Below are positions 11,126 to 20,138 of a DNA stretch of 54,861 bases, piece after piece. Under the pieces are notes generated by a model that ran no database searches, was not told the DNA's origin, and saw nothing but the letters and a program-made list of their open reading frames with translations. Position numbers and translations under genes: made by a program. How positions within the stretch are numbered: position 1 is the stretch's first letter; each line of letters starts with the position of its first letter. Source of the DNA: a virus (lineage: Duplodnaviria > Caudoviricetes); IMG/VR virus record IMGVR_UViG_3300037963_004246, positions 1 to 54,861 of that record. One strand, 5' to 3'.

Positions 11126-11264
11126 TAGACAATCACCCCAAAGAAGCGGAGAACGGACACCCATATAGGGTGGCCGTCATATCGCACTCACTCACCATCC
11201 GTTATGATTTTACAATCTATACAATTTCCAAGTGTGCAAAAGGAGCAGAAAATACTGTTATTCA

Positions 11265-11576
11265 TCAAGCATCAACTCCGTCTGTGAAACCTGTTTGAGT
11301 TTTTAGATTTAGATAACATAACTTTAGTAGGTTGTTTTGGTCTGCTTCATTTGTTACATCGAGGTTAAATTGGTAATTAAATCCACCCACAGGTGATTTA
11401 TTCGCTGTATATTTTGACTCATCCACATAGACTAAACCACTGTATGTAATAACGAATGATTTATTCCCTTCTTCGTCATATATTTTGTTCATTACAAACT
11501 CTTTTATTACTGCGTGTGCAGTATTAAACGATACACCAATTCCTGTATCAAGACTAATTGTGAGAGCCATAATCAT
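11265..11576 (-). CDS. Hypothetical protein
   Basis: 103 aa, coupled to the upstream gene. Confidence 0.55.
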   Translation of the reverse strand: MIMALTISLDTGIGVSFNTAHAVIKEFVMNKIYDEEGNKSFVITYSGLVYVDESKYTANKSPVGGFNYQFNLDVTNEADQNNLLKLCYLNLKTQTGFTDGVDA

Positions 11577-11986
11577 TCACCCTTTTTAGGCTTTTTACTT
11601 GTGATTTGGTAGGCTTCCATGTCGAGGCTGTGTTGCTTTTGCATTTCTTCTAATTTCAAGTCGTGAATTATTCTCAACTCTTCCATCTTGCGGGTGTGAT
11701 TTTCTAATGCGTCATGGGAAGCAACATCACCTGCTAATTGTTCCGGCAAGATGTTAATTTTAGCACCTTCTTTGCCCTTGAACAATTCAAGAACCGATGT
11801 GATTATCAGTAGTGCAGGACCACCCAATAACCCAATTACGGTTAATTGACTATCTGTTATATCTCTTTCTGCAACGATGGAGTAGTATGATGCGATAGCG
11901 GCTATCATCACCCACATAATTACAACCATAAACCCAAATACGAGCATTAGATACTCGTTGGGGTTGCCTAATTTCATCCTCGACAT
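11573..11986 (-). CDS. Two-TM membrane protein with coiled-coil tail (holin-like candidate)
   Basis: Two hydrophobic helices; TTTATAG box about 25 nt upstream of ATG. Confidence 0.55.
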   Translation of the reverse strand: MSRMKLGNPNEYLMLVFGFMVVIMWVMIAAIASYYSIVAERDITDSQLTVIGLLGGPALLIITSVLELFKGKEGAKINILPEQLAGDVASHDALENHTRKMEELRIIHDLKLEEMQKQHSLDMEAYQITSKKPKKGE

Positions 11987-12019
11987 GATATTTTGGCTTG
12001 AGTTCGCCTGCTATAAACA

Positions 12020-12268
12020 TTACATCATGTTTATTGCGCCTGCACCACCTACTGCAGCAACTGCAAACATCATTAGAAGGCGTTTTAGTAGGTCAAAACC
12101 TTGTTGTAGTAATTCGTTGGTTTGCTCATTTACTGCAACCATGCTTGCGTGTGAAGTCTTTAGTTCAGTTAGCACTTCAGACATATTTTCAAGCACTTCT
12201 TCGTGCTTATCCAATCTATTCTCGAGTCTCTCTATTCTGAACTGTGTTATTTCTTCGTTGGTCGCCAT
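12020..12268 (-). CDS. Coiled-coil protein with C-terminal membrane anchor
   Basis: MATNEEITQFRIERLENRLDKHEE...LLMMFAVAAVGGAGAINMM; overlaps the portal 3' end. Confidence 0.5.
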   Translation of the reverse strand: MATNEEITQFRIERLENRLDKHEEVLENMSEVLTELKTSHASMVAVNEQTNELLQQGFDLLKRLLMMFAVAAVGGAGAINMM

Positions 12269-13613
12269 CTCTTGTGCTCTCCATTTCAACGATTTCTCTT
12301 GCTTCGTTGAGGCTGAGAATGCCTGCATTAAAGCCTTTGGTTGCGCGTTCCATCTTTTCGCTTGGAGATTCATCAACCAAATGGTTGAATACTAAGTGCG
12401 GAATATCGGACATAGTGTGTGCAATCCCCAACATCTCTAAGTGCTTTGAGAATAATTCTTTAGCGTGTGTAGCAACCACTACTTGAAGCCTCTTTATGCT
12501 TTGGAAAGACCAAATGTTAGCGTTGTATGTTGCGGCGAAGGTTGAACCTCGCTCTTGACCTGCTGCTACTCGGGGGACTTGCATTACAGCACTTATGTCT
12601 GCGTTTATACTATCTAAGAATCCGGTATTGTCGGGTATTGTGTTTGCTAAGTCTATGTGGTGCATTTCGACATAGTGAGGCAAAATTGGGATTTGGTCGC
12701 CACGCAGACTTCCTAATAGAGTCCCCACTTTGCTAATAATGTGTGAAAGCCTTTCTTGCTGTTCTCCTGGGTCTTGAATGTGTGCTGTAGCGTCTGAATG
12801 AATTGTTATGTATTGCTTTGTAAGGCTGTCTTCAAGGCTAATTCTATTATTTAGTGAGTTATACTTGGCTCTAATTGCTTGTTTTAGTGAACTGAATCTT
12901 GAACCACCCCAAACACCGTATGACTTTCTCCCCATAGTATCAGTAAACCAATTGCTACGGTAGTCTATTCTTAAATGCCAGATTTCATCGTTAGCCCATG
13001 CTTTCTGAGTATATTTTTGTTCTCTTAGGACATAGTAAGCAGGATTGATAATTGGGTTGGCTTCGTCTGCTACGAATGGGTATGTAGCACCGTCTGCTGT
13101 AAATCTTGAACGCTCATCAACGATTGTAATTTGCTTTACGGGGAGGTTTTGTATGTCTGTAATACCTTTACCCATAGTGCCTACAATTTTGTTAATGTCG
13201 TTTCCATAGACCATGAGGTTTCGCATGGCGTTAATCAATATATCATCGAAGTCTAATCTTTCTTCGACCAACTCTTTTATCGCCCTTCGTATTTTGCGAT
13301 TTTTACCCTTAGTGTAGTCAATCATCCAATCATTCGCAGAAAGGCTTACTGCACGAACAGCACCGTTCAATTCGGGGTCTAACTTTAGCATATCATCGTA
13401 AAGGTCGAAGTCGTTATCGTAGTTAGCGTTGAGTTGGAATTGTTCAGTATCACTAACTAAGTCTTTTACGCCAGCGATAGCAGCCATCCCACCTTCAACC
13501 TTTGAACCCACTATGTTTAGGGTAGTCCCATCTTCTATTTCTTGTGTTGCTTCAACTTCAACATCTAAGGTCTTGTATTTCGTCATTTTACGGCAGCTCC
13601 ATTTTGCTCGCAT
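12216..13613 (-). CDS. Portal protein
   Basis: About 460 aa; LMVYGN, EIWHLR..YGVWG.S, C-terminal GILSLNEARE typical of HK97-like portals; start may be 13586. Confidence 0.8.
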   Translation of the reverse strand: MRAKWSCRKMTKYKTLDVEVEATQEIEDGTTLNIVGSKVEGGMAAIAGVKDLVSDTEQFQLNANYDNDFDLYDDMLKLDPELNGAVRAVSLSANDWMIDYTKGKNRKIRRAIKELVEERLDFDDILINAMRNLMVYGNDINKIVGTMGKGITDIQNLPVKQITIVDERSRFTADGATYPFVADEANPIINPAYYVLREQKYTQKAWANDEIWHLRIDYRSNWFTDTMGRKSYGVWGGSRFSSLKQAIRAKYNSLNNRISLEDSLTKQYITIHSDATAHIQDPGEQQERLSHIISKVGTLLGSLRGDQIPILPHYVEMHHIDLANTIPDNTGFLDSINADISAVMQVPRVAAGQERGSTFAATYNANIWSFQSIKRLQVVVATHAKELFSKHLEMLGIAHTMSDIPHLVFNHLVDESPSEKMERATKGFNAGILSLNEAREIVEMESTRDGDQRRNNTVQNRETRE

Positions 13614-13658
13614 TTCTGCGTTAATTCTCCGTTTTCAGCTGGTGTGTTTAAGGGTTTC

Positions 13659-13710
13659 GTTTATTCTTTCAATTCTTTACTTTCTCGGATGAAGAAAATA
13701 AACGCAGCAC
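13659..13710 (-). promoter_or_regulatory. 52-bp dispersed element, copy 1
   Basis: GTGCTGCGTTTATTTTCTT-N-AAAGAATTGAAAGAATAAAC, upstream of the structural operon; related copies at 28797 and 31643. Confidence 0.55.
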
Positions 13711-13908
13711 TAAGGGGAATTTGTCTTAATTTTGTTTTTTCCATTAGGGCGTAGTTAAGCAATTCCTTTCTAAAGGTCTTATGGGAAAAGAAAGAATTAC
13801 AACAGACCGCAGCATTGCGACACATTATTTTTTTCGTGAGGCTGCATAAGAAATTAAAATAATTCATTTAAGAAAATCTTTAAGTAGGCTTCAGACTACC
13901 CTGTGTTA

Positions 13909-15282
13909 ATGCGGAAGGAAAGGGCCATTGAATTAGTGCTCAAGCACGAAGAAGAACACAAAACGGATGCGAGTCTTGCGAGATTCCTATTTTCGGAATA
14001 CGGAGAGAAGACTTTTGATGGGTGGAGATGTCTAATAAGCAGACATAGAGTCGAAAATAAGGAAAATCAAAATACATACGACTCCAAAAACGATATTTAC
14101 TACACTTATCTGAAAACTGCAAGCAGATTAGTAGCAGTTAGCGGTGAAGTCCATCGAGGAATGATGCTTGATTATTCGGATAGTATAGGAAATGGTCTTA
14201 CAGCGGCAGAAGTGTGTGCAAAACACGACTTCCCCACTCCCTGGTTTGGAGAATACCGTAGCATTCATGGTTGGAGTCATTCAATGCTACCTATAACTGA
14301 AGAGGAATTAGAAAATAGCACAGAAGAAGAGTTAATTGAATTGATGTTCAAGAAAAAGTCGTCTGTAACTCAAAAATTTGAATTGGAAAGTCAGAAAAGG
14401 GACAAGCAAGACGCTGAAAGGTGGAGAAATCTTCAAAATTCGATTCTAAAGCATATAAATACGCTTAAAGTGTCTAACAAAACACCAAAACCTGCTTTGA
14501 AGGCTAACAAAAACAAGAGGGACTACGCTTTAGTGGTTTCTCCTACTGATTTTCACTATGGAATGTTCGGTTGGGAAGATGAAACCGGAGAACCTTACAA
14601 TTTACAAGAGGCTGAAACCCGTTTAATGGAAAAAACCGAAAGATTGGTTGAAATGCTTACACATAAACCAGATAAGGTGATTGCTACTGTCGGTTCTGAT
14701 TGGTTTCACGTTGATAATCACTTAGGGACTACTACTAAAGGCACTACACAAGACATGGCAGGGACTCCAGCACAAATTTTGATGGGTGGGTTCGACCTCG
14801 CTCGCAGACACATAGAATTATTGCGTTGTATAGCACCTGTTGAACTCATTTGTATGCCTGGAAATCACGATAGACATTCCACCTTAGCCCTAATGATGTA
14901 TCTCCAAGCAGCATTCAACCATTGTGACGATGTTTCTGTGATTGTTGATGCAAAACCACGCCAATACTGCTACTACGGCAGCACATTGATAGGATTTACG
15001 CATGGTGACGGAAAATCGCTTAGAACACTTCCTCAAATCATGGCTACAGAACAAAGAAAGGAATGGGGGGAACACCGATACCACATTTGGTTTCACGGAC
15101 ACCTTCACCACAGAAAGTCTGAAGAAAGAGGCGGTTGTATGATTATCCAAATGCCGAGCCTATCAGGTGAAGACCGTTGGCACTCATTAAATGGTTATGT
15201 GACTAATTCTGCTGGTCTTGCAGCATATATCATTGATAAGGAAGAAGGTTTAGTATCTTCACTGTTCGCTCCGGTGGCTTAA
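13909..15282 (+). CDS. Calcineurin-like metallophosphoesterase with N-terminal extension
   Basis: DFHYG, GSDWFH, GNHD, FTHGD, HGHLHH motifs. Confidence 0.85.
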   Translation: MRKERAIELVLKHEEEHKTDASLARFLFSEYGEKTFDGWRCLISRHRVENKENQNTYDSKNDIYYTYLKTASRLVAVSGEVHRGMMLDYSDSIGNGLTAAEVCAKHDFPTPWFGEYRSIHGWSHSMLPITEEELENSTEEELIELMFKKKSSVTQKFELESQKRDKQDAERWRNLQNSILKHINTLKVSNKTPKPALKANKNKRDYALVVSPTDFHYGMFGWEDETGEPYNLQEAETRLMEKTERLVEMLTHKPDKVIATVGSDWFHVDNHLGTTTKGTTQDMAGTPAQILMGGFDLARRHIELLRCIAPVELICMPGNHDRHSTLALMMYLQAAFNHCDDVSVIVDAKPRQYCYYGSTLIGFTHGDGKSLRTLPQIMATEQRKEWGEHRYHIWFHGHLHHRKSEERGGCMIIQMPSLSGEDRWHSLNGYVTNSAGLAAYIIDKEEGLVSSLFAPVA

Positions 15283-15405
15283 ATGTTTGAAAGTAGCGTA
15301 AGGTGTAAAGAGTGTGGCTGGTATGCTAAAAGAATGCTACGAGAGAAAGTGCTAAAAGGAGAATGCCCCCACTGTGGAGCATACAAAGGGTTGAAGCCAT
15401 GCTAA
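15283..15405 (+). CDS. Zn-ribbon microprotein
   Basis: 40 aa read by hand, CKECG...CPHCG; fills the gap before the terminase. Confidence 0.6.
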   Translation: MFESSVRCKECGWYAKRMLREKVLKGECPHCGAYKGLKPC

Positions 15406-16877
15406 CCGGATTTAATTTAGAGCGCTCAAAGAGAGACATTCGTTTTTTCTATGAGTGGTGCGGCTATACGTGGGGCGACCACATAGGCGAATGGATGGAT
15501 ATGTTCGGCGATAGAAAAGGTGCTGAAGTGCATCGTGTTTGTATTATTGCACCTCGTGACCACTCAAAATCAACAACTCTTAGAATGAAGATACTTCACC
15601 ACGTTTTATTCGATAAGTGGCGTGATAAGCCCTTTACAGTTTGGTTATTTTCAGCATCTAAGGATTTGGCTGCAAGAAGGCTCGAAGAAATGAAAGAGGA
15701 CTTGAAGCGACATGAAGAATTGCGTAAATTCTTGCATCCCCGTCTTGGGACTAAATTAGAATTGAGGCTTACAAATGGTGCTGTAGTTAGAGCGACGGGT
15801 GTTGGTGCTGCTATTCGTGGTGAGCACCCCGCTGCAATTATTCTTGATGACGTATTAGACGACATGGGCGATATGAACCACGAGGGAATCAGACATTGGT
15901 TTAGAAAGAAAGTGACCCCGATGCTATCCCCCCAAACCAGCATTTATTGTGTTGGAACACCAATGAGCCTAAATGACCTATACCACACCGAAATGTTGGA
16001 AAATAAAACATGGAAATCGGGAACATGGTCTGCTTTGCCTAATTGGGAAGAGCATAGGTCAGACCCATCTGTGGAATTAAAATGTTTGTGGCCTGAATAC
16101 AGGCCCTTGAATTTCTTGCTTGAACAAAAAGAGGCTATGGGTGAATTGGCTTTTGTGCAGGAATATTTGTGTAAGGTGGTTGATGATGAATCTGCTGTCT
16201 ATAAACGTGAGCACTTGCGTAAAAATATGGATATGGAAAAAACAATTGCTTGGGATTCACAAGAAGGGGGGAAGTATGTTATTGGTTTTGACCCAGCACA
16301 AGGTTTGGGTCGTGACTATTCGGTTATGGTCGTTCTTAGGCAGGATGAACAAGGCCAAATACACTTCGTCAATATGTGGCGACGTAATGACTTCAACCCT
16401 GATAAACAGTGTCAGGTAATAGGTGAATGGGTAAATAAATTCGGCAAGTGTCCTCTCGCTGCTGAAGACGTAGGTTTTCAAAGACTTTATCAAAGTCTGT
16501 TAGAAAGAATGGGCTATGTAATAGAATACAGACCGAGCAAGGTAGGGAACAAAGGGCTAAAACAAGGATTGTTGAATAGGGTTCGTGTTTGGTTCGAGCA
16601 GGGAAAGGTTCATTGGCCTTATGGGGATATTGAAACCCGTAATGTGGTAAATCAATTGCTCGATGAGTTCGATGCTCATGTTTGGAAGGCTGGCGATATT
16701 CACGATGTAGGAAAACACAACGATACTGTTATGGCTTTTGCTCACGCCATAGACCAATTCGATTCATTGAAGGGAGAAACAGTAACCTTCGCAAGTAGTA
16801 TAGATAAAGGAGAATGGATGGGTGGAAGACAAGCGCAACCCAGCCGAAACAACTCCCGCTACCCAGGATTATTTTAG
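15399..16877 (+). CDS. terL: Terminase large subunit
   Basis: Walker A-like APRDHSKST, Walker B IILDD, VGTP motif, nuclease IGFDPA and HNDTVMA. Confidence 0.92.
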   Translation: MLTGFNLERSKRDIRFFYEWCGYTWGDHIGEWMDMFGDRKGAEVHRVCIIAPRDHSKSTTLRMKILHHVLFDKWRDKPFTVWLFSASKDLAARRLEEMKEDLKRHEELRKFLHPRLGTKLELRLTNGAVVRATGVGAAIRGEHPAAIILDDVLDDMGDMNHEGIRHWFRKKVTPMLSPQTSIYCVGTPMSLNDLYHTEMLENKTWKSGTWSALPNWEEHRSDPSVELKCLWPEYRPLNFLLEQKEAMGELAFVQEYLCKVVDDESAVYKREHLRKNMDMEKTIAWDSQEGGKYVIGFDPAQGLGRDYSVMVVLRQDEQGQIHFVNMWRRNDFNPDKQCQVIGEWVNKFGKCPLAAEDVGFQRLYQSLLERMGYVIEYRPSKVGNKGLKQGLLNRVRVWFEQGKVHWPYGDIETRNVVNQLLDEFDAHVWKAGDIHDVGKHNDTVMAFAHAIDQFDSLKGETVTFASSIDKGEWMGGRQAQPSRNNSRYPGLF

Positions 16878-17409
16878 TGTGTCGAGCAGCACTGTGGGAT
16901 AAGCCGAAGGGGGGAAGGTAATATGCTGCCCGACTATTACAGCGTGTGCTGCAGACTACTTAAGCATTTTCTTATATAGTAGCCAAGAAAAAATTTTCTC
17001 AAAAATTCCTGCAGGCTGTGGGCGTTGTAAGATACGTCGGTTTTTCGATTTTTGGCGACTTACTATATAAGGTTGACGCCACCAACCTTAATAAGGGGCA
17101 TCCCCATTTTCACTTTGCCCCGCTACGGACGGGGAAGTGGTAGGCGTGTAGTATAACTATACGTTGTATTGGGTGAAAACCTTCGTGAAGGGTTAGTATT
17201 CCATGTATGGGTTGAATCGGCTTCGCAATGAATCGCTAACATTTCATTCCGAAGATAAAATGCGGGTCGGTGTTTGTGGTCGCGAATGAAATAAACGTCA
17301 ATACTTCGGCGGGATTTCCCAACAAAAAATCCACCGGAAGGGTCTTCGGATGCGACAAAAAAATAGACAAAACCACAAACGAATAAAAGGTAAAATGGAA
17401 GTGGAAATC

Positions 17410-17811
17410 ATGGTTGACTATACCAAACAATTGATTGAAACCCCAAAACATGAACCAAAGGCTAAGGGTAGTAAAAGCCGTCAAAGCGCGCAAAGAACCC
17501 CTTATTCGACGCAAAAAATGTTCTACAACAATTTGCGACGAACATACGTGGCCTATCGGGACAATGTGGAAGATTGCGAAAAGGCGAAAGCCGAAGCCGC
17601 AAAGGTGAAGGGTGCGAAAGCCGAAATCACCTTGTCGAAAGACATGAAATCCCACATGACGGCCGCCCTTCAAGGTGCGCTAATGTCCCTAAATGGTGCA
17701 TACACCCGCCCCGATAAGGCCGGTGTTCGAATCCAAAACCTTAGCAATAAGCAATTGGACAAGACGATTCGGGAAGTGAATGACCTTTGCACCCGAATTG
17801 AAGCACTATGA
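17410..17811 (+). CDS. Basic helical hypothetical protein (island gene 1)
   Basis: MVDYTKQL..., 133 aa; Glu only GAA, Gln only CAA. Confidence 0.65.
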   Translation: MVDYTKQLIETPKHEPKAKGSKSRQSAQRTPYSTQKMFYNNLRRTYVAYRDNVEDCEKAKAEAAKVKGAKAEITLSKDMKSHMTAALQGALMSLNGAYTRPDKAGVRIQNLSNKQLDKTIREVNDLCTRIEAL

Positions 17812-18129
17812 TGGTTCGACCATTGGGATGACTTTCAAATGCACCCCACGATAGATTAGACACGGTGGGGGTGTGGGTAGTGGTGGATGGGACACCACAT
17901 GGGGACACCCACACGATAAAGGCGAAGGAACGGAATACGTAAGGGTCGGGGGGGTATATCCCCCCCGATACCGATAAACCACCAACAAGATGGCGTGAAG
18001 GGTTGATGCCCTAAACACCGGATTGGGGTTGCCCCTACGGGGCATTTGTGCTACCATAGCGAATAGGGCCAATGAACGGTTAGAATACCAAACAAGCCAA
18101 ACACAACAAGCGTAGCGACCCAACCGGAA

Positions 18130-18402
18130 ATGTTTGCCGGAAGCGGATATAGCAATGACGATATAGACAACAATGACGACACCAAACCGAACCACCACTT
18201 CATGCGGCTTAATTGGCCGTGTGTAAATTGCGGAACACAAGTCAAGGACACCGAAGGGGATTACTTCGGAAGGCTTGGCTTCCTACCGGAAGGCGCATAC
18301 GATGAAATGTATGAACACTACTTTAACGGTAGGGTGTGGTGTGTAGGGTGCATGGCTAAAAGCGGACTATTCAAGAACCATAACGGGGGTGATAAACAAT
18401 GA
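18130..18402 (+). CDS. Zn-finger hypothetical protein (island gene 2)
   Basis: CVNCG...WCVGC; start uncertain. Confidence 0.6.
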   Translation: MFAGSGYSNDDIDNNDDTKPNHHFMRLNWPCVNCGTQVKDTEGDYFGRLGFLPEGAYDEMYEHYFNGRVWCVGCMAKSGLFKNHNGGDKQ

Positions 18403-18527
18403 TTAGGAACAAGTGTAGCAAGTGTGGGGGATGGGATTCATCCGTCCCCCACAAGTGGCGGGTGATAAACGGCCAATACATCAAATCCATAGGCGTGTGC
18501 CGACAATGCGAAAAGGGGGTGAATTGA
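18399..18527 (+). CDS. Zn-finger microprotein (island gene 3)
   Basis: MIRNKCSKCGG...GVCRQCEKGVN, GGGGGTGA RBS, ATGA overlap. Confidence 0.65.
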   Translation: MIRNKCSKCGGWDSSVPHKWRVINGQYIKSIGVCRQCEKGVN

Positions 18528-18646
18528 TAACCAAGTGTAGGAATGATGTGTGCAACCGACACGGCACTAATACCGACAAGAATGGTAATATGTGGTGTGA
18601 CGATTGCGTAATGCTAATAGCATTCGGTGTAATCGAATTCCATTGA
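18524..18646 (+). CDS. Zn-finger microprotein (island gene 4)
   Basis: TTG start after GGGGGTGA; CRNDVC...WCDDC. Confidence 0.55.
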   Translation: MITKCRNDVCNRHGTNTDKNGNMWCDDCVMLIAFGVIEFH

Positions 18647-18681
18647 TTTCCAAACAATGGGGTTAGGTTCGGACTACGTAA

Positions 18682-18741
18682 GGGGGGTTGGGGGGTCGAA
18701 AGACCGCCCTTCCCCCCGCAAATTTTTTATTTCTTTTTTTT
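18682..18741 (+). terminator. GC-rich hairpin plus T-tract ending the island transcript
   Basis: GGGGGGTTGGGGGGTC-GAAA-GACCGCCCTTCCCCCC followed by TTTTTTATTTCTTTTTTTT. Confidence 0.65.
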
Positions 18742-18850
18742 GAGCACTGAGCCTGCGCAGCCTGAGGCTGACAGCAGAAGCTGTCTGAGAAAAAACTGTG
18801 CAGAAAAACTGTGCAGAAACGCTGACCCAGAAAAACTGACCTAAAGAGTT
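18742..18850. repeat. SAG-dense A-tract cluster 1
   Basis: GCAGCCTGAGGCTG and tandem AAAAACTGTGCAG units; gives T-tracts on the minus strand downstream of a minus-strand gene. Confidence 0.7.
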
Positions 18851-19024
18851 TCACTCTTTCGTGTAGGTCGCATCAACCCTGAGTTTTTTACCGCACACTG
18901 GGCACTGTATTTCGTCGCCGAAGTGGTATGTGCTGAAAGATTCATCTGGTTGAAGAACTGCTAAATTTATTCTGGTGCGTCCTGAACTGCTTTTAAGCAA
19001 ACAACATCTGACATATAATCTCAT
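18851..19024 (-). CDS. Small Cys-containing protein
   Basis: 57 aa by hand, MRLYVRCC...QCPVCGKKL; ATGA overlap. Confidence 0.55.
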   Translation of the reverse strand: MRLYVRCCLLKSSSGRTRINLAVLQPDESFSTYHFGDEIQCPVCGKKLRVDATYTKE

Positions 19025-19371
19025 CTAATCGCCTCTGCCCCTTCTTTCTGCATCTTCCATTCCTCAAAATCGAATTCTGGTAGGCTTGCCTCGATTGGTA
19101 TCTCGTCAATTACTGCACTTGCGAATACTGTATTACAAGCACCCCTGATTCCAAAATGTCTGCATATTATAAATTCCTGAAGTGCCGGCGCTGGCGGGTA
19201 AAACCTCGTTGTGTATAGCACCATTGGGTAATCCTCATTACCGTGTGCGTTGGGGTCGCTGCACCCGCAACTGAATTGCACTTCTCCAACCGACTTCTGG
19301 TTGACGTTCACTGTTATTGGCTTCTGGGAATGAATCTCCCATATCATGGCCTCAAAGTCTTTTTGCTCCAT
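19021..19371 (-). CDS. Hypothetical protein
   Basis: Start MEQKDF about 25 nt below a TATA box (leaderless-type). Confidence 0.6.
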   Translation of the reverse strand: MEQKDFEAMIWEIHSQKPITVNVNQKSVGEVQFSCGCSDPNAHGNEDYPMVLYTTRFYPPAPALQEFIICRHFGIRGACNTVFASAVIDEIPIEASLPEFDFEEWKMQKEGAEAIR

Positions 19372-19388
19372 GTTACTGAATTCTCCAC

Positions 19389-19448
19389 CTACTATATAAG
19401 GGTAGCGACCCTGCAGACTAAAGCCTGCAGAATACCAACTATTATAAG
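19389..19448. promoter_or_regulatory. Divergent promoter pair, each CTGCAG-N10-TATA
   Basis: Minus: CAG GGTCGCTACC CTTATATAGTAG; plus: CAG AATACCAACT ATTATAAG. Confidence 0.75.
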
Positions 19449-19517
19449 CCCCTATGCGGATGGGGACTTGAAGCGGGGACATCGCTATGGTGGTAGGTCG
19501 GTAAGGGAGGCTGAAAA

Positions 19518-20027
19518 ATGTCAGAAAAAACTAAAGTTAGTAGACCGGCCAGACTGCATGATTACCGTAAGAAGGTTGAGGTTGTCGGGACACGGTGTAT
19601 CCGTTCAGCGTATTTCGCAACCGGACACCCAAGCACCGCCGTTGAGGCTGCATTAACAAAGTGGTTAGATGAGATTGAAGAATTAGTAGCGGACTTCGAG
19701 GCTCCTTCATGGGCTAAGAAGATACGAGACTGCGAACCACTATGTGTGTCTACAGGCGGATATAGTTCAGTACACACGCTTGCACTATGGCAAGTGGCAG
19801 GGTATGCCAATCAGATTTCCGATGGGTGCTTCCCTATTCGCAGCGATATTCACGCAATGATACTTTCAATCAGCGTGAAGGGTGCAGCCTCCGACTACGC
19901 ATGGATAGCATTCCAGCATGGGGATGCGATTAAGTGGGTTGAGACTTGCACACGTATGCTTACATTGCTACACGGACAACCGCAGCTTCTTACCGGTATA
20001 GACCCATTTTCAGAGTGCGGCCCTTGA
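19518..20027 (+). CDS. Hypothetical protein
   Basis: 169 aa with GGAGG RBS and upstream TATA. Confidence 0.6.
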   Translation: MSEKTKVSRPARLHDYRKKVEVVGTRCIRSAYFATGHPSTAVEAALTKWLDEIEELVADFEAPSWAKKIRDCEPLCVSTGGYSSVHTLALWQVAGYANQISDGCFPIRSDIHAMILSISVKGAASDYAWIAFQHGDAIKWVETCTRMLTLLHGQPQLLTGIDPFSECGP

Positions 20028-20138
20028 TTGAATAATCAGGGATATTCGGTCAGATTTACGTAACCCCCCTATTGGATTGCAGGCTGGTAGGCGGGGGATA
20101 AATTCATACCCTGAAATACAACTCGTATTAAGGTAACC

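Larger units (their letters stand above)
17019..18741. other. SAG-free island (no CAG, GAG, CTG or CTC)
   Basis: Line-by-line scan found none of the four trinucleotides between CTG at 17016-17018 and GAG at 18742-18744. Confidence 0.9.

Noticed and set aside
17722-17736. GTTCGAATCC resembling a tRNA T-loop
   Set aside because: Inside a CDS with no cloverleaf; I saw no tRNA gene in the window.
17019-18741. Island as simple codon bias or a mobile insertion
   Set aside because: The exclusion includes non-coding DNA and all frames on both strands; no transposase, integrase or target duplication seen; it shares TATA and TACGTAA-hairpin motifs with flanking DNA. A chimera still needs excluding with reads.
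18663-18854. Track ORF across cluster 1, and likewise 21011-21351 across cluster 3
   Set aside because: Low-complexity F/S/L/Q translations of repeat and terminator DNA without RBS or promoter support.
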